Source: Botryllus schlosseri (lineage: Eukaryota). From it: a stretch of DNA of 64,000 bases. Below the pieces are notes generated by a model that had not been told where the DNA came from, made no database searches, and was given only the letters and a program-made list of their open reading frames with translations. Shown here piece by piece: positions 14,861 through 37,174 of this stretch. The DNA lies in NCBI GenBank assembly GCA_051294905.1, contig CM119381.1, positions 18,662,001-18,726,000 on the forward strand. The letters run 5' to 3'. Positions within the stretch are counted from its first letter, which is position 1. Each line of letters opens with the position of its first letter. Made by a program: the position numbers and the translations under genes.

Positions 14861-15766
14861 CATCAACCCGATTCCTATCATGTAGCGTAGTTGCTATCGC
14901 GCGTATAACTTGCTTGAAGTCTTATTATGTCGCTGTCTTCGCACAGTTTTACCGTGTTAGGACATTCAACACAGGGACACTGATTTTCACTTGACCTCAT
15001 CTGTCTTATTAGAACTCATGAAATGGTAGCATATAAAAAGGAGATACTTAAATGACGTAACTACACCAGAACCCGAGGTCAGAGGAAACAGTAAAGTGTC
15101 CCCTTTCTTGTGCAGTTTGTACGGTGGCTATTCATGGAGAAATCCAGCGCTCTCGGGTCATAGACTGGGAACCTTTGTCGTCGTAATTATTATATCGAAG
15201 TATCGTATAAATTGGGATGTTCGAAGAATTGTTTCGCTATACGATACATGAATATTGTATATCATACTCGACAGTTCGCGACCATATCGTATCCAACCAA
15301 TTCCCGTATGAATAGGGTATGGTGCATATTGAGCGGAAATCTTGACCCTCTCCGGAAGCTTTTATGCCCATTGCCCAGGGTAAATATTCGCTCATTAAAA
15401 GCACGACTTTCTCACTGTATTCTAATCTGAACATGGAATAGTTTATTTATTTACCTTGAAAACTAGTCGTGCAATTATGTAGCAAGTATTACTCCGTGAC
15501 AAGTCCAGCATAGGTTGAAAAAACAAACTAAGAATCCCTTGTACGTGGTAGCTCTTTACCTGTCAAACGATGAATTTCCAGTCAGACTCCACCTTCAATC
15601 ATTTTTTGAATTATAGCGAACTCTTAGTAGCATTGGCGATAGAAAAAGGTTACAACGATAACGTCACCTGAATCAAAAAGTTTGATTCGTATACTCGCGG
15701 TGACGCAGTTGACAGTTTCACGTAAAGATTATTGAAAATGTTATTCAATATTAATATTCATGAACT

Positions 15767-15840
15767 TGTGGCAGATCAGCTGTCAGCATGAGAAACTATA
15801 ACGTGTGGCAGATCAGCTGTCAGCATGAGAAACTATAACG
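15767..15840. repeat. Perfect 37-bp tandem duplication
   Basis: TGTGGCAGATCAGCTGTCAGCATGAGAAACTATAACG occurs twice (15767-15803, 15804-15840). Confidence 0.95.
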
Positions 15841-16097
15841 TAACTCTTGTAATTTGCAACGCAGTGCCCAGTGCCAGTTTCATACTTTTCAGATTCGAGT
15901 ATTTGTTTTTTCGAAAGAATTACTCTGTTTTACCCAATCGCAATAATAAGACGATGGGAGTTTATTGTCTCATGTAGCAAGTATTAGGTATATATCGGCA
16001 GGAGAATATTTTATTTTATATTGCACCACTCCCCCTCTACTTTGAAGCACCTCTCGTGTTTCACCGTTAACATCAATGTAAATATTCAATTTTCCAG

Positions 16098-25935
<9,838 letters not shown>

Positions 25936-28147
25936 TCGATCGTGACGAATAATAGCGTGCTAGCGTAGTAGCTTGTAGTCTGCGAACAACATTTTAGTTT
26001 TTAAAACTTTATGTTAGTAAAACGCAGTGCTGACTAACATGGGCAATGCTCGTGGTTACTACAAAATAAGTAGTATTAGAGTAGTACAGATATAACAAGA
26101 AATAACATGATCATAAACGTCATTTTATACCCGACAACGCTTTCGAGCGACTAATGGTAATGAATCGATATTGGGGCTAGCCATACATGTTACTAGCTGA
26201 TACACTATCTCATCCTAAGGATTGATCTTGTGGGGACGTCCTAAATGTCTCGGTCTTGGCAATGTCTGGGCTATTGCACGTCAAGGCAATATGCTTATTG
26301 ATTTCAGCTGACTATTCATCGATGGAAGGCTGTTGCCATCGCCGAAGCCGTTTCAGCTAGTATGGAATAGTGTTATTTAGGCGCAGGCGAATAACTCATT
26401 TTGAAACAACAATAATTTGTAACTAAAATCAATTTTAGCATTTCAAAATGCTTATTCCGCGCTCGCGCCGGTAGCGATTGTGGCGAACCCTGGTATAGTG
26501 CAGAACGAGCAAAGCTTGGTGCACACTTTACAGACGATAAACCATTCTCATGGTTATGGGAATGCACCGTGAATTGATATGAACTGATTTTTGCTGTATT
26601 TATTTCCCATTCACAATTTCATTCAATTCCTAGTTTTTGCGAATTCAGTAATTCTAATTCTAGTTTAATTTAAAAAAAAACTGTAGCTCTAATTCGAATT
26701 CTAATCTAATTTGGAAAAACTTTTGTAGCTCTAATTCTAACTCTAATCTATCTAATCCAGGAAAGCTGAAAATTTTCTTATAGTTGTCCAAGTCTGGCTG
26801 AAGCATACCACTGAAACACCACACGCAGTATTTGTAGACGTTTCGCAATTAATTTAAGGGTGCCACTCGCGTAAGATCGGGAATTTTGAATCCGTCCTGA
26901 CTCAAGCCAAGTTTGGCATTCGCGGTTTAGATTTCTGATAATTTCATCGGTGCAGAACACCACAAGACATAGGAAGAACTCGAAACGATTTGGAGTAGTC
27001 TCTTTATCAAATACCCACCTTGGCCTGCTGAATCAATCGAAAAACTGATTTCTCATGCCACTTTCAAACTGATTGTATGAACTGAAATCGTTCACTGCTT
27101 AATTGAGGCATAGTTCCGTGCCCAATCGGGTGTGAACATCGACATTTCAACTGTGCCTCCAATGATGCGACCGCTTGAGCTTACTTGTCATCGACGCGGC
27201 CATCACGACACTATCCCACCGTAGTGGTCAATCAATGACCGAGGTGTTCTTCCTGGTTAAACGCTATTGATTCCCTATCGTCATCTTTCAGCTCACGACA
27301 ATCCCGCGTCCGGCAGCAAGCCAGGATATCGCTCAGTCAACTACGCAAACTATCGCAGGCCGGTATGATCCCGCCTGGAATGACCGATCCAGTCCCGACC
27401 AGTTGACTAACCGGCTCAATCAAATAACGCATTGACCGCGTTGGAGTTGTCAGCAAGCGAGATTTCGGACGAAGAGAGCCGGATACTGTGGGGAGAACCG
27501 GCCGGTGGACTGCGGGGGATGGTGCCGGATCCGGCGAGAGGACGCCCTGACTAAATTGCAGATCGCGCAGTTATTACAGCTGTCGCTAGTCTTCCACGGG
27601 TTTGGAAGGTGAATTTTGTATGTCGAAAGTTCTATTTTTATACCTCGCTTGCGAGTTTGATACTTTTTAACTATCGCAATAAAGAATTTGCTATGAATTC
27701 GGCGCGTGGAGCGGTGTTATAACGATCTGATCTGTTTCCGACTGCTGTGGACGGAAGACTGTGTGGTCATGGTGGAATGGGTGGGGTTTGTGAGGGTGGA
27801 GAGAATGTTAATATATTATCTATGTATTGAATTTTGATTGATAGTAGGCAATATTGCGATGAGCAACAGGACTCTAGTTCAGTTGATCTTAACCGGTGGT
27901 GCGTAGAACGCTATGGGTTCCCCAAGCCATTCTAAAGTAAAGATGAAAAAATGCACTCAACTCGTACATACGATTTGTGATGATACACCCGTCTTGATCA
28001 TCACTGATTGCGGGTAATCAGGCCTGATCAGTTGTCCAATTGTGACTGTTGCGGTGGTCCGTTGTGTGCAGTGGCGTACGTAGGAAAATTTGGAGTTCGA
28101 AATAGAAACCCAGTCCTTCTGAATTGCCAATTTTGTCTCCTAACACC

Positions 28148-28464
28148 GACCGACCGACAAGATAGCGTAATGGTGAAGCGATCGGTAGGTCGTGGGTTCG
28201 ATTCCCGGCCGGGTCAGTCCAAAGACCTGATTAGTAACACTGGTATCCATGACTTCCCTGCTTGGCGCTCATGCATTAATGGGATAGCGTGGAGGGGTGG
28301 TGCAAGACTTGGAAAGCCGTAGAGGGCTATATCTGCACCTTCCTTGTCCAGCGGCATATGCACTCATGGTATGCATATGCGCAGATTGTGTGTATGTGTA
28401 TCATGAGTCGGTGTATATGCCGCAAAACATCAAGGACCAAAATAAACTACGCCCTTTCCTTTCC
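28148..28464 (+). mobile_element. tRNA-derived SINE family B (central domain resembles MetaSINE)
   Basis: A-box-like GATAGCGTAATGGT (28161), B box GGTTCGATTCC (28195), then GGGTCAGTCCAAAGAC..TGGT..CTTCCCTGCTTGGCGCTCATGCATTAATGGG, ending in an AATAAA..(CCTTT)n tail. The MetaSINE resemblance is from memory of the family and was not aligned. Confidence 0.7.
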
Positions 28465-28473
28465 TATCAGTAT

Positions 28474-30580
28474 GGTCCTTTTCACCTTATATGTCAACGA
28501 CATTTTTGAAACCTCCTCATTGAACACCACACTGTTCGCTGATGATACTCACCTCCTCTCTTCCGCATCTTCGACGGCAGAGCTGGATGCCCTGACTGGT
28601 GACCAAATGCCCAAAGTCCATGAGTGGACGGCCCAGAACAATCTTTGCATAAACGCCTCGAAATCGCAATTGCTGACAGTAAATTCAAAAAATAACCTAA
28701 CCGTTAATATCGCTGGTCAGCCCGTTTCCAACACAGATAATGCCAAATATCTCGGAGTTTTACTGGACTCGAACATGTCCTGGAAGAGTCATATTCAGTC
28801 CCTAGAAACTAAATTATCACCTAAGTGCGGCCTGTTCTACAGCCTTGGGCGCTTCATGCCAGCATGGGTTCTTCTGATACTCTTTAAATCCTTAATCCAA
28901 TCGAAGTTACATTATGGCATCCACTGTTGGGGGGCTGCCAGTAAAACTGCACTCAAGCCACTGCAGAAACTACAGCATAAAGTAGGGGAGATGTGGTACC
29001 GATGGATCAAAAATTGCAAAATGATCTCTGGCCCTCAAATCTTCAGCCGAGAATAGCAGATCTTTTGCTGTCTCAACACTTTGATACAAGCTCTACCTAT
29101 CGCGGACATTTACATGAATATCCGCCTTTTCAAAAAATATTTATAAACGTTTAAAGTTTGTTGCTCGAACGTGTCATCGGTCCCCACCCGGTGGGTCCAA
29201 AGGCACACGACCATGGGACCTATGGGACATACGCTCTAAAACTCAAATTTGTTACCTTGTTTTGTTGTGTACTGTAAGCTAAGCTACAGCAAGCCAATGA
29301 AGAAGGTTTCGTCAAGACTTTCAAGAATAAAATAGATTATATCAAGTCAAATGTTGGCATGAAATCATGTTTTGATTTACGCCTAAACTTACAAAATTAT
29401 TGCCACATACATATTACCCGCAAATCGACATTTTGACTTTCAAATACTCGTAATAGCGATAAAACATCACAGGTAACTATGATTTACAGCCTATATATAT
29501 GTAGGCGAGTTTCTGTTGTTAAGTGATTAGTTGGTTTATCTATTTTGCTTGATTTGGCTATGGTACCATAGGTCCCCCACCCCATAAATATTGTAATTGA
29601 CTTGAAAATAGTCCACTCGAGGATGGTATTGATTCAAAACATATGTGCCATTATATACCCTGATACAAACCCTACACTTCACATCAAAAATTATGCCGGG
29701 TTTGATAGTCTGGAAGGTGATATAGAAAAATGCAAATGACGATCCAAATTTACTTTACACCCCCTAAAACGTAAATCATTCGTCACAGACCCCATAACTC
29801 ACGCAGGTCGAATTTTTTTGCATGTGAGGAAAGATTCTGTCAGCATGTAATTATAGACAAATTCACCGAGTCTAATCATGGAGAATTTTTCAAGTATTTT
29901 CGGTCCCAGTGATCAATCGGTACCACATCTCCCCTACTCCGAATCATAGCTAGGGCTCCAAAGGGGCCTGGCTGCCCATCCAATAAGTCGCTGCTGAAGA
30001 GATTTGGCGTCCTAAACATAGAAGATATGCGGAAACTAGAAATCGCCAAGTTTATGTATCAGTTTCACTGCGGTCGTTGCCCCGAATATTTCAATGACTT
30101 CTTTACCTCTGAATCAAACGCTCACAAGTACAACACACGCGCGTCCACGTCGTCCAAATATCATATGATCGACCGAAAAGATCATCGCTCCATCAAATAT
30201 GCCGGACCTGATGTGTGGAACAGTATCCCGCCGGCCATCAGACAGTCGACGAGCATGTCCACATTCAAGTCGAAATACAAACAATTACTACTAAATAAAT
30301 ACAGTCCATCCTCAAGATTACCGGACCACGACTGACCTATCGATCTCGCTTCCCATGACATGCCGCCCTATTTCTTGTCGCATTCTTTTTCTATACTATC
30401 TTCTTTACTTTCATTCAGTGTGCATGCCTCCTCTTTACATCGCCTAGACCAAGGTGGGTGTCAGATTCCATAGACTACTCCTTGTCGCTTCGACATCTTC
30501 CTGTCTTTTCATTGTATCGCATTTTTTGTGGTGTATTGAACTGATAAAATTGCTAATAAACCAATGATGATGATGATGGT
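28474..30580 (+). mobile_element. 5'-truncated LINE (L2/CR1 group, Crack/Daphne-like), RT C-terminal half plus 3' UTR, interrupted by a MITE
   Basis: RT motifs LFTLYVNDI, LFADDT, LCINASKS, KYLGVLLDSNMSWKSHI, LHYGIHCW, LQKLQHKV|LRII, KYAGPDVWNSIP..FKSKYK. Stop at 30335. The 3' UTR ends in (ATG)n at ~30565-30579. Confidence 0.9.
28985..29934. mobile_element. 950-bp non-autonomous DNA transposon with a TA target duplication
   Basis: 25-bp TIR GGGGAGATGTGGTACCGAT(G/T)GATCA with 1 mismatch. TA at 28983-28984 and 29935-29936. Excision restores the LINE reading frame. Confidence 0.92.
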
Positions 30581-30702
30581 TACCATATTTTGGGATCCGG
30601 AAGCTACAAAGGAGGACATTTGTGCGTCTTCGCAGGACATTTTCGAATCCCTGAAAACGAAAGACAAATCCTAAAGGAGGACGGATGGTAACCCTACTAT
30701 AA

Positions 30703-30983
30703 GATGGTGGCGAGATAGCATAGTGGTATAATCCACAGCTATACATCACCAATGAGTTGTGGGTTCGAGTCCGACTGATGTCGACTCCTATAGGCTATTC
30801 CTACCCAAGTGTTGGAGGTTTATCTGGGCTCCTCCTCGCCATTTCATCCTCGTAAGTTGTGTCTTGCAAAAGGCCTAGAAGTGGGCCGTGCTACAAGTCG
30901 GCAGTTACAGGAATCAAAAATAAGGAATATCGGCCTGGTGTGAATGATCATTGTAGTCGACAAGCACCATGAATACCATAAAC
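30703..30983 (+). mobile_element. tRNA-derived SINE family A, best-preserved copy
   Basis: A box TAGCATAGTGG, B box GGTTCGAGTCC, then the body shared with at least 8 other loci in the window. A hAT element is inserted at its 3' end. Confidence 0.8.
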
Positions 30984-31432
30984 CAGCAGTGCTTCTCAAC
31001 CGGTGGGTCGCGACCACGACACACCAAGACATATGAAGTTTCGGCCAACATGCGACTCCGCGAATTGTGCAGCCAAAAAGGTCGACAGTGAGAAAACCTC
31101 TGCCGAAAAGGATCGAAACCTTCGGTAGATGTATGCCGAATTGTCCATGGACTATATACGGTGGGCGCCTGAATGGCTGTCACCAAATATTGCTGTCGCC
31201 AAAAATTCATAGTAGTATATGTAATTGGCAATATCATTGACCGAATTGCATCATGAATTCCAGAAAATATTCACGCTAGGTGCCACCAGATAACTGTAAC
31301 ACACTGACAACATAAAAACTGGCACTCACGAGGAGTGGTTTAAACGTTAATCGCGAAAGGGCGTCCAGTCGGTCGCGCAATGAAATTTGGATGAAAAGTG
31401 GGCCGCGAACTGAAAAAAGTTGAGAAGCACTG
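30984..31432. mobile_element. hAT MITE
   Basis: TIRs CAGTGCTTCTCAAC ... GTTGAGAAGCACTG. TSD CCATAAAC at 30976-30983 and 31433-31440, with an extra CAG at the left junction. An inverted relative lies at ~37175-37600. Confidence 0.85.
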
Positions 31433-32149
31433 CCATAAACGACAACCTACTATAATATCAACGGTAATTAATCAATTGGTTTCATGAGTTTCTACCAAAC
31501 GATACTATGCAACTGTCCGAGGTAAAGCCTTGCATTTCTGAACTGGTATCTCTGACAGGGGACTGCAGACTTCACAGTGATTTCCACAAAAAAAAATGAT
31601 TTTAGGGCTTTCATTTTGTGTGTAAATTTTGTTTTAATTGTTTTATTATTTTAGGACTCTGTTGATGCACAGTTCATTTCGCCCACCAGTAATCCGTAGT
31701 ATTGTATCATGTGTGTGTTGTCGTAGGTTTTTGACTTTGATGTTCCGAGACGGCCTGCAGAGAACGTAAGTGTTCCGTTGGTTAGTAGAGGTTAAAAACA
31801 ACTGCTCCAGTTAATATGCATCCTAAGCGGTTTAGAATAAGTGTGTGGATCACTCGAGTTACAATCTTCTGAATGACTCTACTGGAGTCGTTGCAGTTAA
31901 ATGAACGGACTCTGGCTCGGTGTATGAGAAATGTGGAAGACTTGGAGACAAACTCTCAGGTAATCCAATAATTCTACTTCGCAAAGAATTCTGAACCTCT
32001 CACTGCGCTAGTAATGACCACCCCATAAATTGTTTACTTGTTTTCGATATGGTTAATTCCATCAGAAGCGACAGTGCCGCATGTATAGATAAAAGATATC
32101 TATACCTAACAACAGTCGTGCACAATATCACCATGCCATGTGTTTAAAC

Positions 32150-32300
32150 TAGTCCGGAGCGGATTGACAAATTCTCTGGTTCTACTCCGATCCCATCCGC
32201 GAAAGTGGTGTCTTACAAAAGCCTAGAGGTGGGTCGTGCTATAAGTCGGTAGTTACGGAAAAATAATGCAGAATATCGGCCTGGCGTAAATGACCATAGT
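32150..32300 (+). mobile_element. SINE family A copy split by the composite hAT element (continues 34452-34495)
   Basis: ..GAATATCGGCCTGGCGTAAATGACCATAGT | AGTCGACAAACACCATGAATACCAC rejoins into the SINE 3' end. Confidence 0.75.
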
Positions 32301-34451
32301 CATAGGCGCCGACTTTTATTTTTTTACGAGGTGGCGAAGTCTTGTGACGTCATAATTGTTCCGTGTCGATGACGTCATCGTCGCACTAAAACGCACTTTC
32401 CTACATGCCGCTGGTGCACGTGCAGAGTACCAGTCGCTGGTTGATCAGCGTTAACCATTTGCGTTTTACGTTACGTTTTAATACCGACTCTGCACTCATT
32501 ATTATCAAACCATGCAGGGGAGTTATTAAGTGGAATCTTGAAACGGTCCGATCATTCGTCCGAGGATGTATACGATGCATTCCGTCAGCCGGAATGCATC
32601 GAACAAAAATCAGAATTTACGTCACTGAGAATTTGAAGTGGCATCAATGTTATCAACGTGCAATGCGTCGTGTGAGTAACGAAACACACCACGCACTGGG
32701 CTGGCAAGTTCGCAAGTAACACACGACAACTCTCGAATATGAGGTTTCAAACCGACAATAATGATGATTACAAACGTGAAATCGCGCAGCTAATCAGCAA
32801 TTGTCTCGTGCGGTTTCTGGCTTCGCATTGAGAAGCTCGCATCGCGGCAATTGTTTGCAGATTAAAACAGGGATTTTGTCGGCATTGGTGCATTTCCCGA
32901 TTTACGTTCGCTAAGCATTTTGGGAGTAGCCTACATCCAGGCGCGAAGTCAGAGGGTTTCGGGGGTCGAAAGCCTCTCGTTTGGAAGCGCGAAACCCCCT
33001 CCTTAAACGCGAAACCCAGTCCTTTTCAAATGAGCGCTCTGACGCTAATACTCGGTTGCAATTCAGTCGTATTATCAGAGTTATGCGCGGCTAATTAACG
33101 AAAGGCAATAAGCGAGATTCGTCCGTACGCATTGCACTGCACAACGTAACGCGACACGATCTCCCGCTGAGATAATTGCGAAATTAGGTCATTCATTGCC
33201 CCGCGCTCGGCCATAGTTGGTAGCCTGATTTATCTCGTCACCTACAAGCCTAATTCCGCTGGCTTGAATAATCGCATTTGCAATAGGCCCGATGCGCACG
33301 ATATCATCGTTGGCTTACAAAATCGCATCTGCATTGGCTTGGTGCACACTAGATCATCACTGGCCTACACAATCGCATCTGCAATAGGCCTAGTACGAAA
33401 GATATCGCTAGCCTAACTACCGCGTCTCGGGCCTACCATGCTTTGGCTCCTACTTCCCGATGGCGATAGCTTGGATAAAATGCCGTTAAGTGTATGCTGA
33501 TTAGCGATTGTGGTTAAAGAGTGACTTCGCGAAACTGAATGACATCGAATGTCCGCAAACATGTGCGACTCGTGCGTACCCGTACATGCGTAATTGATTT
33601 CCGCTAATACTTGAAGAACATAACCATCAGAAGCTGTGATAAGGCTTGAGGTATAAAAGAGCAAAGGTTTGAACCACCTGAAATCGGCGTCATTGTAGCA
33701 CATATTCCAAATAAACTCGTACATTTTGACTTGCGCAAATCGTCGCCAAGGCTGCATAAGACGTAGGACGCATTGATAAGCGCGCGTATTTAATTGTTCA
33801 CGACCGATCAGGGAGTCGCTAATTAACCGCACTTTCGGACTCGTCGACAAGCTTATCATACGCGTATGCCGTATAATCATCAACACGATGATATCGTGCA
33901 CACCAGGCAGAAGCCGCCAATGCATATGCGATTGCGCAGACAAGCGATGATATAGTTTGAACTGGGCCCATTGCAGATGCGATTGTTCAAGCCAGCGGAA
34001 TCAGGCTTGTTCGAGATGCGATAAATCAGGCTGGCGACGATTGCCACGCGCACGGCAATGACTGACCTAATTTCGCGACCATCTCAGCGGGATATCATCA
34101 CAGACTCTTCGCGCTGATTGAAAACGTGCCTCTCGCAAATTGGCCGCACGGAACACTGATAACACAATTATTGAATTGCAACTAAATATTGGAGTTAAAA
34201 TGGTCATTTCAAAATGACGGGGTTTCGCGTTTCAAGCAGGGTGATTCGAACCCCCCTGGCTACGTGCATGGTACACGCGCGTATAAAAAACGAAGACGTC
34301 TCTAAGGAGGTCGCATCGATTCGCCAGATTACTAATTACTGGTCACAAACAACTTATGCGTTTGAGTATTTCGTACGAGGTGGCCGCCACCTCGTAAATA
34401 TGGTGACGAGGTGGCTGCGCCACCTCGTAACCTCGTAAGTCGGCGCCTATG
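32301..34451. mobile_element. Composite non-autonomous hAT element, copy 1 (2151 bp)
   Basis: 15-bp perfect TIR CATAGGCGCCGACTT ... AAGTCGGCGCCTATG. Perfect 8-bp TSD ACCATAGT. Collinear with 60280-62360. Confidence 0.93.
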
Positions 34452-37174
34452 ACCATAGTAGTCGACAAACACCATGAATACCACAAAACAAATACTCTGA
34501 TCCTGCTTTTTAAAGCTCTGGTCCGACTCGTAGGCCGGATTCTAGAAATTACCGTGATCTGGTCCGAAAAACTCCTATAATAATTATCCAATCACATGAT
34601 GGCATTGAATATTGATTGAAACAATGTAAACAGGAAATTAAAAACTAAAAGATCAAGTCCAACCCTTATATGAAGTATTTATGACGACAAGTGATTTATT
34701 TCCATGAACTTTTCACTTTAACTGTTGATCCGAGGGTGGAAGAGGCTTGTCCTATTCTGAGTAAAAAGTACTGATCTGGCTCCGAACCGGCTCCGGCCAA
34801 AAATGAGGAAATCCGGCTCCGGTCCATGCCCCGCTCTAGTGTCTGTCCAGATGTGTGAATCATCGTGTGTCGGAGGAGCCCCTTGTGAAGGCGTATTGTC
34901 ACTTTGGTAGAATAGAACATTGGTATGGTCAGGAAGTGACTTCCATGTGTTTTGAGTCTGTTGACTGGCACTCGCCATATCACTGAGTAACTCGGGAAAT
35001 GTGGCCCAACTCACATGTGGGACATTTATTATTATTATAGTCTTGTTGTGGCACAGTCAATATAGGCTGCATAACATCGAAAAGATCGCCAAAATTATAT
35101 GACTATCCTGTTCCACTAGGCCCATGTATCTTACCTTCAAATCAAATTCGGCATATAACACATCTTCGTTTTCATGGTTGAAAATTTGATTACGACAGTA
35201 TAGGCTGCGTGAGTAATATTTTCAAATTGAAAATGCAACGGGATAAATCCCATCTGGGAACCGGCCTTTGAAACTATAATTATTACTATATGGCTTCCCA
35301 GAACAGTTTCATTCATTTCACTAATTCAATGAATTTTGAAGCATACATCTTTTTTCTTCAAATTACATCCTTGACATCTTACATCTCACTCGACTTATAT
35401 AGTATAATTCGAAAAGCTCTACTCGAATAGAAAATTTCTGGTATCAATTCTACTTATCAATAAATAATATCAATAATCTTTTCCGGGCTTTTGCATTCCC
35501 CGATATAATAACTAGGGATGGTGTTAACGTGAGGTTCACGTTCTCGTTCTGTGTGTGAACTTCAGAAATTTAAAGGTTCATGGTCACAAAAGAACGTGGG
35601 TAGATTCTGCACTGTGAACCTTTTTCACATATCACAATTTTTCACGTCAATACCATCTTTGGTTGAAATTATTTTTATCTAACTTCGCACCGCTCTATGC
35701 ATGGCGCTGGCAGCACAACAATCAACACTTAACGAGCATGCACCTTGCCAATATTAAAAAATTCACTTGCTTTGTTACAAAAGCTCGTTGTGAATATTGT
35801 GTTTTCCGTTTGTGAATATTTAGTGAATATTTATTGCTGTGAGCTTGATCCCCAATCACACAACATCAAGAACGTACACTGCATGCGGGTAGTCAGCGAA
35901 TGATGAGTATTCAACCAATCAGTGTAATTGATATAAGGAATACATCGTTGTCTAATGTAAAAAATCTAGCAGGTGTACGGGATCCATCTTGATTTGACAT
36001 GTTTATCGTATCATAAAAAAAACAAATCCGTGCGATTGGGGTGTATAGGCCACTGTATAGCTCGTTTATGTGGTAGTAGTCACTGATCAACCCTAATATA
36101 CACGACCCACTTTTGTTTCAGGCATTTGTAAAACACCGCTTACTATGATCGCCGATCGGACGGCGATGAAAGGACTTGTCAAATTATATTAATGTTGAAT
36201 CGCTTCGTTAGGGACCTCATTGAAACCCGATTGCTTGATGACAGTCGTTGCGCCATTGTTCGAAACACCTATACTGCAAGCTAGCGGATATTAAATTTGT
36301 AATTCTAATTATACAGAATTACCATTATCTCATTTCATCACAATTTGACAAAGCCTGTGCCAGGTACGCGTAGCGCAATCATGAATCCATTTACGGATAT
36401 CCTGGCTTCTCTCTGGAAAGCAATCTAATGGCGGATTTGAAGTCCTATTGAAAACAGATCTGGTTAAAATTCACAATGTTCTATGTCGATTTTTAAATCT
36501 TTGAAAAGAGGCTGGGACCAAAGCGGGGAAATCGAAAATGTGAGAGGCGACAGATTTCTCAACATCGCGTAGATGTCATCCGGTTTTCATTGACAGTGGG
36601 TCATCACCTCGACTATAGATGACAGTTAATTTGCCAGACGTCACGGAGTGTATCATATTATGATATCCAACATACTACCTGACAAATCAAAATCCGCACT
36701 TAGCACTTCACCTACATCACCCACTGTACTTCCACGTCCATGTAGCCCGTGAGAAGTGCGGGGATCAAGTCACCAGTGACTAGTTAAACTTGTCAAAATT
36801 ATGGAGAATGCTGTTCACACGGCAAACTCCATGTTAAATACTGTGGCAGTGTGAATAAATGCAGGTAACGTTTTGCGACTGGAAATGCTGCAAGAAGACA
36901 TATGTGCCGATTTTATATGGGTAGACCAGAAATAACGTTTGAGTGCATATGAGAACCTTCACTGTACAATTGTGCATTTAGTTATAAATTTCATCGAAAT
37001 GGCCCAGAAAGGAACAAATACAATTAAGTGTTCGTGTTACTGTTCGTTGAAACGTCATTTTTCGAATCTCGCACATATCCGTGCGATATCTACGGATGGG
37101 TATTCGTCCACGCGGGTCTCAGCTATACCTACACCTATGTACAGTTCTGCCCTTACAATCTGAGTAGATTAGAC

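Noticed and set aside
30703-30780. tRNA gene candidates here and at 28150-28215
   Set aside because: A and B boxes are present but there is no complete cloverleaf, and both run into dispersed repeat bodies. They are SINE heads.
33413-33943. 176-aa minus-strand ORF inside the composite transposon as a possible cargo gene or transposase
   Set aside because: It has no DDE or other recognisable motif, and the frame is broken into 63- and 74-aa pieces in the second copy (61455-61898).
34840-35014. LPDHTNVLFYQSDN as a relic DDE transposase, or plus-strand CRICVNH..YCHFG as a RING-like motif
   Set aside because: The matches are short, mutually incompatible readings exist, and the catalytic or Zn-ligand spacing is incomplete.
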